Positions 1 to 12,880 of a stretch of 64,000 nt of DNA are shown here, piece by piece. The notes under the pieces were generated by a model. The model was not told the DNA's origin, ran no database searches, and saw nothing but the letters and a program-made list of their open reading frames with translations. This stretch comes from Lama guanicoe (Eukaryota): assembly GCA_013239625.1 (NCBI GenBank), contig MU053365.1, positions 1,398,115 to 1,462,114 on the forward strand. Reading direction: 5' to 3'. The first letter of the stretch is position 1. The number at the start of each line of letters is the position of its first letter. Position numbers and translations under genes: made by a program.

Positions 1-9
1 ATATATCTA

Positions 10-222
10 CAGTTAATACTTGAATGACATCAGTTTGAACTGCATGAGTCTACTTTATAAAGATTTTTTTCATTAAACATGTACTGCATATTTAATGTAC
101 TACATGATCCAGGTTGAATCCATGGATGTGGAACTGTATACAGAGGGCCAACTGTAAAGTTATAAGTGGATTTTCAGCTGCACAGAGGATTGGTACGCCT
201 ACCATGGTTCAAGGGTAAACTG
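10..222. mobile_element. Tigger2a-like non-autonomous DNA transposon (TcMar-Tigger)
   Basis: TA, then degenerate TIR CAGTTAATACTTGAA; ends GTTCAAGGGTAAACTG; internal ggttgaatccatggatgtggaac matches recalled Tigger2a consensus. Confidence 0.8.
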
Positions 223-249
223 TTTATTTGTTTTTTTGTTGTTGTTACA

Positions 250-1780
250 TCTTTTTTAAAAATGCTTACCATAGGAATTGCAATATGCCTACCTAACTTT
301 TAAAAGTCTGCTTGGAGTTCATATTTTACTACTTCAAATAAAATGTACAAGCTTCACAACCATATAGACCCCTTTGCCCTCCCCACTTTATGTTAGTATG
401 TTCATGGGTATCACATTTGTATATGTTTATAACTAGACAAAGTCAATTTTTGCTTTCAACAGTCATACAGATTTTAAATAATTTAAGAGGTGAAAAAGAG
501 TTTACAATATTTACACAGATATTTATCATTTTTGTTGCTCTTCTTTCACTCCTTAATTTTCAGCTTTCCCTCTGGTATCATTTCCCTTCAGAGTGAAGAA
601 GTTCCTTTAGCTCTAAAGTAGATCTATTGGTGATGAATCGTTACTTTTCCTTCATCTCAGAATTTTTTTCACCTTATTTCCTGAAAAATATATTTCTTGG
701 TTATAGAATTCTGGGATGATAGTTTTTTTTTTTTTTTTGCTCTCAGGACTTTAAGATGTCATTTCCCTATCTTACAGTCTTCATAATTTCTGGTGAAAAT
801 TTTCGCCATGTGAGTCAGTGTTTCCTCTGTCTGTAATGTCAGTTATTCTCTGCTTGCTTTCAAGATTTTTTTCTTTACCTTTGGTTTTTAGCAGTTTGAT
901 TATGTTTAACAGTTTCATTTGAGTTAACTGAGCTTCCTAAAAACCTACATTTATCTATTTCACCAAGTTGAGAAAATTTTCAGGCATTATTTCTTCAAAT
1001 AGTTCTTCTGCAGCAATTTCTTTCTCTTCTTCTCATGGAATTACAATAATGTGAGTGGTAGACCATTTGATACTGTTCTACAGGCTTTTTTTTCTTCAAA
1101 CCTTTTTTTCTCTCTTTTTCAGGTTGGATAATTTCTATTGAAAGACAGAGATAAACTGTTGGGAATTCCCTCTACACTCTGGACCACAGCACACCTCTTT
1201 TCTGTTTTTCTTTATTCTTGGTGAGAAATATTGAATTCTCCCATTGTTTTAGCTGATCGTGCTGCTTTCGAACAATTGCCTTGGAGAATGTCAGAAAGAG
1301 AGAAAAATAGAAAAACAGTGAGATTTTCTTCTCATACTCCATTAGCTCCTTTTTTCAGTTCTGTGGTCAGAAAGACAAGGCTGAGCCTGGGGCTTGTATC
1401 AGTCCGTGTGCTGAATTATGAGCTGCCTTCTCCAGCTCTGGGTTCCCCTCACATCCCTGGCTTCCGGGCCCCTTTTCCTGGTTCTCTGACCAAAAAGACA
1501 GATTTTCTCTCAGATTTTTAGCTACTTCCTCCCTGTACAGTTCCATGACTGAGCCATAATTCATGCCGAAGCCAGAAGATAAAAGAGGAAATAAACCTGA
1601 GAAAAATCTATAAGTTTCTTTTGTAAGTTTGAATCTCCTCCCCATTCTGCCTGTTATTTTTTACCTTTCAGAACCCTTAGATAGTTGTTTCTTTATTTTG
1701 TCTAGTTTTCAGTTGTAATCAGTAGGAGAGAGAGGCTCTAAGGGGGTTACTCCATTTTGGTTGGCATTCGGAATCTTCCT
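250..1780 (-). mobile_element. Ancient L1M fragments (ORF1 and 5' region), antisense
   Basis: tatagaattctgggatgatag...ggactttaagatgtcattt and ttgagaaaattttcaggcattatttcttcaaat are typical antisense old-L1 ORF1 motifs; boundaries approximate. Confidence 0.7.
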
Positions 1781-1784
1781 GTGA

Positions 1785-4370
1785 TGATTTTGATTGGGCC
1801 TGTATTAAATTTCTAGGTCAGTTTGTGGAGAAACAACATTTTAAAAAATATTGAGTCTTCAGGTCCTTGACTCTAGCATATCTCTTCATTTATTTATATC
1901 TTCTAAATGTTTCCAAGTAAATTTTATAATCTTCCCCATTAGAAATCTCGTGCATCTTTGTTTGATTTATTTCTAGGTACCTGATATTTTTATGTTAATG
2001 TTCATACTATTTTTTAAAAAGACTTCTAAATTATATGCTTATATATAGAAATAAACTTGATTATTTTATATTGATATATTATCCAGGAAAATTGCTGAAC
2101 TGTTATTCTTTAATGACTCTGTTGAAATTTATCAAGTGCTCTTTCTTCATCTATCAACATGATATTTTCTTTTTCCTCATCTAACCAATTACTGCGAATT
2201 ATATATATATATATGTTTCAATTATTCAATGTTAGAGCAACCTTGAATTCCTGAAAAAAACTGACTTGAACAAAATGTATACTCCTCTTAATTTACTTTT
2301 GGATTTGGTTTACTGCTATTTTGTTTAAGACTTTATATCCATTAGTAAGACTGGCTTATAATTTCCCTTTTCAAGTTTAGATACCAACTTATGTTGACAT
2401 CATAAAATGAGTTGCGGGGTGTACTCTCTTTACATTTTCTGGAACAGTTGTGAAAGACTGGAATTTTTCTTCCTCTAATGATTGACAGAAGTTGAAAATT
2501 GACAATGAAGTTGGTCTCCCTCACGTGTGTGTGTGTGTGTGTGTGTGTGTGCATGCATATATGTGTACTCATGCACATATAGTAGTTATAAGACTGTTCA
2601 TATGTTCTGTTTCCTCTTGAGAACATTTTGGTAAGTTAAAATTTTTTTAGCAGCGTCCCTATTTTGTTTACATTTTCAGACTTGTTATTCTTAATAACCA
2701 TTTTATTTTTCATGTCATATTTGTAGTCATTTCCCCTTTTCATTTCTTAGATTTAATAATGTTTTTGGCTTTTGATCCTCGGTATTTTTGTTTATTCTAT
2801 TTTATTATTTCCTTGCCTCTATTATTTTAGGGGGTTATTTTGCTCTTTCTTGACTTTAACCTCATTTATTTTTAAATTATCCTCTTTCCTAATACATGCT
2901 ATTAAGGCTATATAGTTCTCTCTAAGTACTGCTTTAACTGCATATCATGAGTCTTGATAAGTAGTATTGTTACCACAGTTTAGTTCAAAAATTTTAAATT
3001 TCTATTATTATTTATTCTTTGACTATGGATTATTTAGAAGAGTATTTCTTAATATTCTTGGCAATTTTTCTGTTTTTTAACATTGATTTCTCAATTGTCC
3101 TGTGATCTGAGAACATACTGTATAAGATTCCAGTGCTCTAAAATTTACTGAGATTTGCTTTATGGCCCACAATAATATATAGTATTTTTGGTAAATATTC
3201 TATATGTTCTTGAAGTGAGTGTATATTTTCCAGTTGTTTTGTAGAGTGATATAAATATTTCCACTAGGTAAATTTTGTTTATGAGGTTGTTAGCATTTTT
3301 ATGTATATTTACTTGTTGATCATTCTGTCAATTGTGGAGAGTTACGTGTTAAAATATTCCAGTATATTTGTACATCTGTCTAGTTTTCCCTGTATTTATG
3401 TTAAATTTTGGTTTATGTATTTTTAGCTTATGTTATTAGTTGTATACAAATTTGGGATTATTTGAGCTTATTGGCTATTTAAAACTTGTATCATTAAGTA
3501 GTGGTCCTGTTTATTTCTGTAATTATTTTGCATTACAGTAAAATTTCTCTGATATTAATACAGCTGTATCAGCTTTGTTTTGTTTGAGTGTTTAAATATT
3601 TCTCTGTCCTTGTATTTTCAACCTTTAGATGTCATTATGCTTTAGATTAGTTTCTTGTAAACAGCCAATGCTGGTGTTTTTTTAATGCAGTTTTATAATC
3701 CTCTTCTTGTAACTAAAGCACTTGGTTCATTTTCATTAATTGTAACTACTGAACTAAACTATATTTAGTTTAAATACATCATCTTATTTTGAGCTTTTTA
3801 TTTGTCTTATCTGTTCTATATTTTGTTTTGCCCTTTCCTTCTTGATTTCAACTGGACTGATTATCTCATTCCATTTCTTCCTCTCAAGTGGTTTCGAAAT
3901 TATATATTCCATTTCTATTCTTGAAGTTGAGTTTCCCTGGACATACCAGATGTTGCAAAACTAGGCTGCAATTCAGTGTGAAAGACTGTTTTTGTTTCAC
4001 GCTAACTTTGGAAGTGAGGTCTTTTGGTGTTTTAGTCTAAACGGGTTGGTTTATCAGAGTCTCTGACTTTGGTAGGCTCTGGGTTTTTATTTTGGTTGCT
4101 CTAGGCCTGCAAAGCCACCAAAAGTGTAGCTTAATTCCTCAGCTTTACCTTTTGGATTTCTGTATACCGTTAGAGCTAAGATGGCTTTGAGTTCTTCTCC
4201 AGATTCTGTTTGTCACCAATATTTTGGCTGCTGGCCATTTCTCATTATACTACTAGCTCTTTAGTGCTTTAAAAAGATGTTCTTAATATTTTTACAACAT
4301 TTTACTTATCCTCAGTGGTAGAGATGGCTCATTTGCTTAGTTTGCCTTTTGTGAAAGCAAAAGTCCTAAG
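1785..4370 (-). mobile_element. Ancient L1ME-like ORF2/5' fragments, antisense
   Basis: gattttgattggg...tattgagtcttc, tcataaaatgagttg, tgagatttgctttatggccca and similar degenerate ORF2 antisense motifs; T-rich. Confidence 0.7.
2525..2551. repeat. (GT)n microsatellite
   Basis: About 13 GT units seen directly. Confidence 0.95.
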
Positions 4371-4384
4371 TATCCATTTGATAT

Positions 4385-4555
4385 TAGCAATCCTTTGATC
4401 CTTATAATAGCCCCTAAGTAGGTTCTATTATCCGTATTTGGAAGATAGGGGGAACTCAGACTTAGTTAGGTGAGGCAGCTTGTATATTGTGGAGCTGCCT
4501 GTTAACCCCAGTCTACTGGATTATACACCCAGTGTTCATGTCACTATACCATGTA
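4385..4555 (-). mobile_element. MIR SINE fragment
   Basis: tttgatccttataatagccctaagtagg...gaagatagggggaactcagacttag resembles the antisense MIR core. Confidence 0.6.
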
Positions 4556-7290
4556 GCAAGTTTTAAAACAATTGAATCATTTAGTAGTGTGTAGTAAACA
4601 TGGTATTTTGAATTTCTTTTGCTAGGCAAAAATATTTTCCCCATTGTTTACTGAGAAAATATTAGCAGGACTTGAATTATATAGACATGACACTTTTGAA
4701 AAATGAACTTTAAAACTATTTGAAAGAATAATGATTAAAAATAGTGGCAGTCTGGTAAAATCCAACTATTACAAAAAGAATGAGCCAATGGTAAATTCAT
4801 GTGTGCGAAACAGGGCTATTTGCTTACACAATTAAGTTATATTTAGTCATTTTATTTTATGGGTTGAAAAACAAACTCCTAGTTTGAGCCAATTTTGTTG
4901 AAAATCAAAAGTATTTCAATAGAAATAATACATATGAGATTTGAATATCAAATTTTTACCTTGATAAAACATCCCTTTGATTGATGTTGAGTGACTAATG
5001 ATTTCCTTGTATAAATTCGTAAGTTTAATTTCTTAGTAGACAGAGAGAACTAATTTCTTTACAAGGAAAATCTGGTCAAATCTGAGACGACTGCTCTGTG
5101 TTGGGTTAAGTCTGACCTGGAATGATATGATGAGTGCATTCACTACCCAGAATTGGGTCATATATATATACTGAATGTTTTCAGCAAGCTGGTTATTTAA
5201 AGGTAGTTTGAGAGGTTAAGTGAATCTGAAGATATACAATCAGATTTGTAAAAGTTAGTTATGTAGTGAGTTTTTAGGGCTAATTAGGGAAATAACAAGA
5301 GGGGAAATTGGTATAAACTATTTCAAGTGAGACATGTTTTCACTAAAAGCCATATTATTTATGAGTGCAGTTAGGTAGTATATATTGCCTATATGATTTA
5401 TTGAGACATAAAGAAATACTGAGCAGCATGATTCTAATTTTCAAGAGTGCCTTCTAATGGAAGTGAAAATCACGGACTGTCAGAACTGAAAAGATGAGGA
5501 GACTGAGGCTCAGAGAATGATGTCCAACCTGGTTCTCTTTTTTTGGTATATAATTCACTTTTTCCTGCATGAGATGAGATAGGGAGATCAGATAGTGCCT
5601 AGACTTGGCCTCTCTAATCCTTGTTTTCACACATAATCAGTTAACATCAGGGCAAGATTCTAAGCAAGATTCGTCAAGGCTTTTAGTGTTAATGAGTGAA
5701 TCTACCCTGAGTTTGTGGAGTGGCTTTCTTCCATGCACAAGAGCAAGATTACTATTGCATGATGCTCAGTTCTGAATGTTAAAATTAAAATGTTTTTGAA
5801 TGCAAATAATAGCCACAGATACTGCTTCAAATAGTAGCTAGTGAGATCTACAATGCAGATCTCTAGCAATTATGAATTGAAAATGTTCCTTTTGGGCAAT
5901 TTAAAATATCTCTTCTTGAAAATGTTCAAACATTATATGGCAAACCTAGCCATTTCTCACTTCTGTTGCAATAATGCATACATCTACCTAACTAGCTCCA
6001 CTGCGTGTTTTTGGTTTCCTGGATTGGTTGAATCTTCATTGTGACCTTGCCTCAAATGCTTGGATCAGAGAGACTCTTTTTGTTGCCCACTCACATGAAA
6101 TTAACACACCTCTTTTGGTATGAATTGGGGACTTCAGGATGATGGTGAGCTGACCTCAGTGATTTAAGGCAAAGTTGGACATTTGCTATCACTTAAAATA
6201 AATCAGCCTTTTCCCACCAGTCACATACCAGGAGATGCCCCTGACCTCTTTACCAGCAGAAAGCATGAGAAATAAGCTAACTACTTATGGATCAGACTGG
6301 AAAATGAGGCTGGTTACTTCTACAGCTGAATAAAATGTGGGCATTTAAAACACTTTATGTTGAATAATGAGGTGTGAAAACATTAAAAATCATGTCTATT
6401 GTACCTGTTAGTCATCTGCTCTGGGTCTAATCTCCTTTGCTTAAGTTCCTGACCCAACAGGTAGCAGGCAAAAAACCTAGACTAGAGTAAAAGGTTAGTT
6501 GAAGATGGTTTGACTTTCACGTTGAGAGCTGATCCCACCGAGCATCCTAAACAATTTTGGGGCTGTCATTTAAACACAACCAAGATATTCCCCAAGGAAA
6601 CATATGGCCCTCCTTAAGGGTTTTATTATTAGAGATTTCCTTATTGGCTAGCTGTGATTTGTGTCAGTTTGAACAAACTGGAAGGCACAACTTTTTTTTC
6701 AAAAATACAATTTAATTTTTAATTAAAATGAATATATGCTTATTATAAAAACTTTGCAAATATATATATATATATATACACACACAAAGAAGACAAAAAT
6801 AATTAATAATTCTGTAACCCAGAGGAAACAGTTAATATGCTTGTGCATTTTCATTCAGCCTCTTATTTCTGTGTTTCTGAGGATTGTGTACACATGTTAT
6901 TTAAATGTTTGGAATAATAATGCATATGCAGTTTTATTTCATGCTTTTTTTACTTAACTTTATATCATATGTATTTCATCATGTCACTGGCATATTATAA
7001 TTTAATTATTTCCCTGTTATTGAATAGTCATGCTTTTCTAATCTTTCACTATTATTAACATATATTTTATATACTAGTGATCTATCTATCTATCTGTCCT
7101 GTCTCTGGTTACTTCCTTAAGATAGATCCCTAGAGATGGAATTATTGGATCAAGGGTTCAGCACATTTAAAAATAAGCACTTTTGGTATATATTGCTGAA
7201 GTGCTATACAGAAATCCTGCTGTGGCACTTCGTACTCCCACTGGTGGTATATGATAGTAGCTATTTTCTTGCCCCCTAATTCCCATAGAG

Positions 7291-7730
7291 TAGCACTGTA
7301 CAGTAGAAATATAATGTAAGCCATACCTGTAATTTAAAATTTTCTAGCAAAAAAGGTAACTATGGGAGGTGATATGTTAATTAGCCTGACTGTGGTAATT
7401 ATTTCACTATGTATATGTATATCAAAACAGCATGTTGTAGACTTTTTGTACAATTTATATTAAAAAATTAAATTTAAAAATTTCCCTAGTAATCACATTA
7501 AAAAAGTTAAAAGAAACAGGTGAAATAATTTGAATAGTCTATTTTATTTAACCCAATAGATCCAAAATATAGCCTTTCATCATGCAATCAAGATAAAATT
7601 ATTGAGATATTTTACTTCTTTTCCGCACTAAGGCTTTGAATTCCAGTGTATATTTTGCACTTTACAGCACATCTCAATTTGGACTAGCCATATTGCAAGT
7701 GGCTAGTTATTGCCATAAAATATAGCATAG
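7291..7730. mobile_element. MER33 (hAT-Charlie) with 8-bp TSD
   Basis: Matches recalled MER33 consensus (agaaatataatg...aaagaaacaggtgaaat...acagcacatctcaatttggactagcca); flanked by CCATAGAG (7283-7290) and CCATAAAG (7731-7738). Confidence 0.85.
7349..7470 (+). mobile_element. L1MA/L1MB 3'-end fragment nested in MER33
   Basis: aaaggtaactatgggaggtgatatgttaattagcctgactgtggtaattatttcac is an L1MA9-like 3' end; degenerate TSD aatttaaaattttctag (7331-7347) / aatttaaaaatttccctag (7471-7489). Confidence 0.8.
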
Positions 7731-8688
7731 CCATAAAGTATTGCATTAAAAAATATCCTTGCCAATTTGATAGGTGGAAAAATGACATTTCCATGTTGAT
7801 TTGAATTGCAGTTCCAATTACTAACAAAGCTGAATTATTTCCTCACATATCTTGTATTTTGAGGAATATTAAAGGATCTCAATTTGTTTGAGTTATCTCT
7901 GTATTTGCAATGTTAATCCTTTTTATGTCATAGTTATAGAAAACATTCTTCCCTTCATCTGATATTTTTCCCAGTTTTTAGTATTGAGTTTTGAAATTTC
8001 TGTATCATCAAATTTATGTATTTTTTTCTTTGTGATTTATTTCATTGATCATATGCTTAGGCAGTCCTTTTACATTCCAGGATATGATAAGTTAAATATT
8101 CACTTATGCTTTTTATGGTTTTATTTTTTCTAAGTTTAACACTTTCATCCATCTCAGTTTTATTTTGGCTCAGGCATGAGGTAAGGATGAAGCTAGTGTT
8201 TTTAGTTCCCAAGTAGCTAATTGACACAATACCATTTATTGAATAATCTATCTCTTCCTCTTTGATTTAAGACAATTCCTTCACAATATGCTGATTATCT
8301 GTGTATTAGGGTCCATTTTAGCTTCTCTGACCTTTCCCCTTGATAGTTCTTTGATTTCTGTTACTACTCCAATATTTTAATTATTTTAGCTTGATAATAG
8401 CTTTTTAACATTTTGCAGGGTAAGTTCCCCTTTTTTCTTTTTCTTTTGTTTTTTTCCTAATATTTCATACTTTTGCTTAATTTTAATTTAGAATAATGTT
8501 GGAAAGTTCCAAACAACCTGCTGATATTTTTTCCCATTGGTATTATTATTAGAAATGTTTTTAAACTACATGTTATCTTGGGCACTATTGCCATCTTCCT
8601 AATAGCCAGTCTTTTCATTCAGATATGCAGTTTGTCGCTCTATTATTCAAATTATTTATATTTCTCAGCAATGTTTTCTAGTTTTCTT

Positions 8689-8876
8689 TTTTAAATTGAA
8701 GCATTTATTTTCAATTGAAGTTTATTTACAATATTATGTTAGTTTCAGGTGTACAACATAGTGATTCAAAATTTTTAGACTGTACTCCATTTAAAGTTAT
8801 TGTAAAATATTGGCTATATTCCCTGTGCTGTACAGTATATCTTTGTAGCTTATTTTCTACATAGTAGTTTGTACCT
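8689..8876 (-). mobile_element. 5'-truncated L1 3' end (artiodactyl-type) with 17-bp TSD
   Basis: T-run then tttacaatattatgttagtttcaggtgtacaacatagtgattc; exact TSD TGTTTTCTAGTTTTCTT at 8672-8688 and 8877-8893. Confidence 0.88.
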
Positions 8877-9459
8877 TGTTTTCTAGTTTTCTTCATACCA
8901 TTTCCCTATGTTTTCTATTAATACAATTAGCAAGGCATTCGGATTTTTTAACTGGCTATTTCTGGTCCATAGAAAAGTATTAATTTGGGTATACTTATCT
9001 TGTATCTAAACATTATATGGAACTTGTACTATTTGGGGGGCTGTTTAGTGAAAAGAAACTAATATGGAGGGAAAACCACCAAAACTTACCATTAGTTAAT
9101 AGAGGATATTAATAAGGCTAATCATTAGGCTTTAAATCAAGGATAAGTGACTCCTAAGTGTACATACATATATTTTTTCCACCTCTGGCCTCTCTGAGAA
9201 AATGTCCTGAGTTAGAGAACATTTCCTTTTAAACCTCATCTTCTAATCAGAAACTTTCCAACATTCCTTTGCCCTGCACCTCTGCCTTCCTTCGCTGAGC
9301 TGCTGAGTTTCAAGTCTCTTAGGAACCACAGCTGCCTTTTTATTTCACTAACTGACTACTTCATTTATCTGAAAGCTGTTTTTTCCTGCTGTAGCAGTCA
9401 TGAGTTCTTCCTGTGCCTTCTCACCACCTGATTCAATTTAGACTAAATCCAAAAGGCAG

Positions 9460-9720
9460 AACGTGGCAGTGGCCCAACCGCCCACCCTGTATTTTTCTGC
9501 CTTGGCAAAAGGGCCTGATCCAGAGGTGGAAATGTGGGGTTGCTGGTCGGCACTCAGCCCGCAACATACCCTGTGTGTCTGCGCCTCAGCTGCAGTCTCG
9601 GCCGCTCCTCCTCCCCTCCCCTCCTCCGCTGCCGTCACCGCTGGGCCGGGGCTCCTAAATGGCTCTCCCACCACAAGATGGGTTGAGCAAACACTTCAGC
9701 TTCTGTTAAAGCAATAAAGT
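9460..9720. promoter_or_regulatory. Small CpG-rich promoter/enhancer-like island
   Basis: 11 CpGs in 9462-9648 within CpG-depleted DNA; C-rich CCTCCCCTCCCCTCC tract; YY1-like AAATGGCT (9657) and CAAGATGG (9674); not recognised as a repeat. Confidence 0.55.
9570..9690 (-). other. Candidate first exon of a minus-strand transcript (TSS uncertain)
   Basis: GC-rich segment ending at a good donor CAGG|GTATGT (GT at 9569-9568 on the minus strand). Confidence 0.35.
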
Positions 9721-9846
9721 CACTCTGTTGCTGACACTGTTTTAGCTTTTTTTGTTTAGTATAAAGTCTTCCTAAACTTAAATGATTTTGAACAGTTAAA
9801 TGGCAATCTTTTCTAGTGACCTCATAATTTAATGGGTTTTTTTCAG

Positions 9847-9932
9847 CTCTGGGATTCCTGTGTGACACTGGATTCCAATCACTGGGTAATTTATCTCGGA
9901 AAAACATATTCTATGCCATCTTGGTACAGCAG
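9847..9932 (+). other. Candidate plus-strand exon (86 nt, or 89 nt with the alternative donor)
   Basis: Acceptor gggtttttttcag|; tandem donors CAG|gtagta and GTA|gtaagt; unique sequence. Confidence 0.35.
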
Positions 9933-12054
9933 GTAGTAAGTTTAAAAAGTAAATTACATTAATTGAAAACACAGTATGTGCGTATAGTTAGGGACACATT
10001 ACACAATAGCTTCTTAATAACTTTACATTGACATTTTGTGAAAAAACAATATTTAGTAACAGAAGCATGATTCCATTCCACATTTATTGTAATTCCTTAC
10101 ATGAATTAAGCATTTTACTAAGTACTTACTCTATTTCACAAGAATCTATGATATGCTAGGAGTTTGGTTGGATAGTAGGAAATATATTATTTTGGAAATA
10201 ATATGTAATCCCAGAGATTTCATCATCATCCAAAAAGTATTAACATTGTACCTACTTCTATGTGAATGTACGTGTACACAAGCCAATGGGGAACTCAAAT
10301 CTAAAACTGTGGGTGAAGTGACATTTTAACACATTGATAACGAAACACTGAGACTTCCTTTAGCCTTTTTTAAATTACCATCTCCATTAATTTATCAAAT
10401 ATTAAAATTGGTGCCACATTGTAGATACTTGATTTAAATGAGTCTTGATTTTTCATCCTGAAGGGTGCCTAGCTGTTAAAAAAAACTAAACCAGTGACCT
10501 AGTCACATGGATTGCTATCTCTGTGCTTTCTCTACTGGGACCCTAACAGATCCCCTCAAGTCTCTAGTAGAACTCTGTCTACTACTGCATCAAGGCAACT
10601 TGAGAGCTAGAAACTACCTTTACCATAGCAAACGGTCCAGTCTAGAAGTAAACTACAAAGTCGCCTCTGTATTCTCCATGCAAAGGAAACTGACCATTTT
10701 CATTTCATACATCATTTACACCATGATGCAGTGCTTCCTCGAAATCATTAGACTTTAAAAAGAACAAATGAGACAGAAATACTGCTTTGCTAGTTCTAAA
10801 TGTTCTATAGTGTGTAAAGGTAGACATGTTGCTGTACATGTCATTTCCTTTGTTCTGCATTTAAGGAAAAGATAACATTTGTAAGAAAAAAGAGTGTGTT
10901 GGGGACACACTTTTTTTGCAAAGTCTGATGTATAAGATTCTTTTATTGGGAGAACTGAAAGATACACCTTAAATCTAGATAAATTCAATTTTGTGAGACA
11001 GAACCCAGAATATTTATTCAAACTATATTAGTAAAAATATGGCTGATTAATCCAGTCAGTACATGTCAAAGTTTTTAGCCTGCTTATTTAACCCTCAACA
11101 GTTAAGAGTATGTGTCAGAAATTTTACCCAGATTCAGTATTTCGTACTATTAAATTTTGCTTGGAAAATAATGTGTATTACCTAGGATATTTCAGTAAAA
11201 TTTTATGAGTCATAAATATATAGTGGCATTTAATTTGGGAACTTTCTGTTGGTTCAGTGGCATGTCAGCTTCCACTCAAACAATGTTACTGGTATTTTTT
11301 CTAATTAAAATTTTTAGTATGTGGTACATTTACATTAAAAAAGAAAAAGAAAGAAAATATATTTCACTGAACAGTATGACTTGGAAAGCCATGGAAGGAT
11401 GGTTGGTGTAGATGGATTTAAGGAAAGAAAGGGTAGAGTTGGAACCAGACAACAGGAATGAAAGTGTTTGATTGAATAGAGAAGTTAATTTGTATAACCA
11501 ATGGTTAAGAAGCATCAAGCAAGCAGTTCATAAATACTGTGGTTATTAATCCATTGTGCTGGTTGACTTTTCAACTATTAAAGCTACTTCCTAATTGCTT
11601 GTGACAGTATTTTATGTACATTATGTACATAATGTATTATGTATTTGGTTTTAAAACCTTTCATTTTCTGTTCTTGTGTGAGGTCAGAAAATACTTCTGC
11701 TGGAATTTTTGACTTCTAGGTTGGCTATTTTCATGCCGTGTAGGCTTGTTTTGGACAAGTAAGCATGATGCCTAACAAGCTCCCATCCTGCTATATCTGT
11801 AACAGTTTCCCTTGCAAGAGGGACTTTGGGGAGATGATTTGGAATAAACAATAAAGCTTTTATACTGGAGTTATCTGGTTTTGTGTGACACTTAAGAGGT
11901 TCACAGAATGTCAAAGAGGGAAGTGATCTTAGAAGTTGGCTATTCTAACTTCATTTTACTGATGAGGGCCCCTAGTCGTCAACATGGTGAGGCCTTGGCT
12001 TTGTCACTTACACAACTAGCTCTTCCTCCTGGTTTTTGTTGAGTGTATAGCCAT

Positions 12055-12181
12055 CTTTCTCCCCACTAGATTGTGAGCAACTTGAGATCAGGTACCCAGT
12101 TTTATTTATCTTTATACTCCATGACACCTTGTGCAGAAGCTTGCATGCGATAGACACTCAATAAATATTTGTTGAATGAAT
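12055..12181 (+). mobile_element. L2 3' end
   Basis: ccccactagattgtgagc...ctcaataaatatttgttgaatgaat, the canonical L2 tail. Confidence 0.85.
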
Positions 12182-12559
12182 ATTTTAAATGAATATTTAG
12201 TAGAGAGGCCACTGCACTCGGATGTTAAAGTGATACAATGATTTTGGTATAACCCAGTTTCCTCTCTCTTTTGAACTCCTTCACTCCAAAGAAGAAAACT
12301 TAGTTTTGCATATTCAGGGTCAATTTTGTAACCTCAGGTGTTTGCAGCTGATTTGGAATGAATACACAGTCAGTTGAGGGTTCTTTTCTCCACCTTCTCT
12401 CCACAATAGCACTTAGGTCTCATGTGCTTGCTTAAGTATATCTGACACTTCTTCTGCATCCCTTCATATCCTCTTGTTATTTCAGCCTCCAAAGAAGAGA
12501 CCAGTTTGCCAGCAGCTAAACACATCTTGCCTTATTGATGCTGAAATGTGAGGTGTTTG

Positions 12560-12880
12560 TCAGAGCCTGTGCGTGCACAGCATGGCAATGGGGAGGAGTT
12601 AATGCCCAGTGGGGCAAAACTTTGACCTGTTGGGCATGTGAGCTAGTCGATAATCATGTCTCAGTTTCTTCACCAGGAAGATGCATTGCATATAGCCTCA
12701 GACATTCTAACAGATCAAGCAGCCATTTACCTTTTTCAGTGGCCAATTCAGTAACGCAGCCTTATATTGGTTCTGCCCCTTCCCTGCTTTATTCCCCTGT
12801 ACCCTCATCCTTGATTCCTGGGATCACACTCCCAAGAAAAGTCTGTCACACTTTCCTTCCAGAGAACTTGGACTAAGACA
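12560..12880 (+). mobile_element. ERVL LTR fragment (LTR16/LTR33-like)
   Basis: ttcctgggatcacactcccaa...actaagaca terminus; 5' boundary uncertain. Confidence 0.55.

Larger units (their letters stand above)
6700..9030 (-). mobile_element. Ancient L1ME-like 3' region and ORF2, antisense, interrupted by MER33 and younger L1 ends
   Basis: ccttaagatagatccctagagatggaattattggatcaaagg, tgccaatttgataggtggaaaaatgacattt, caataccatttattgaataatc. Confidence 0.75.

Noticed and set aside
5128..5174. C/D-box snoRNA (ATGATGA...CTGA)
   Set aside because: Only about 47 nt from box to box, no terminal stem, includes a (TA)n run
9413..9717. ORFs over the CpG-rich island as coding genes
   Set aside because: They rely on non-ATG starts, are low-complexity, and are explained by GC content
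11720..11758. Small plus-strand exon (ttctag|...CAA|gtaagc)
   Set aside because: Weak polypyrimidine tract and donor context; no supporting frame
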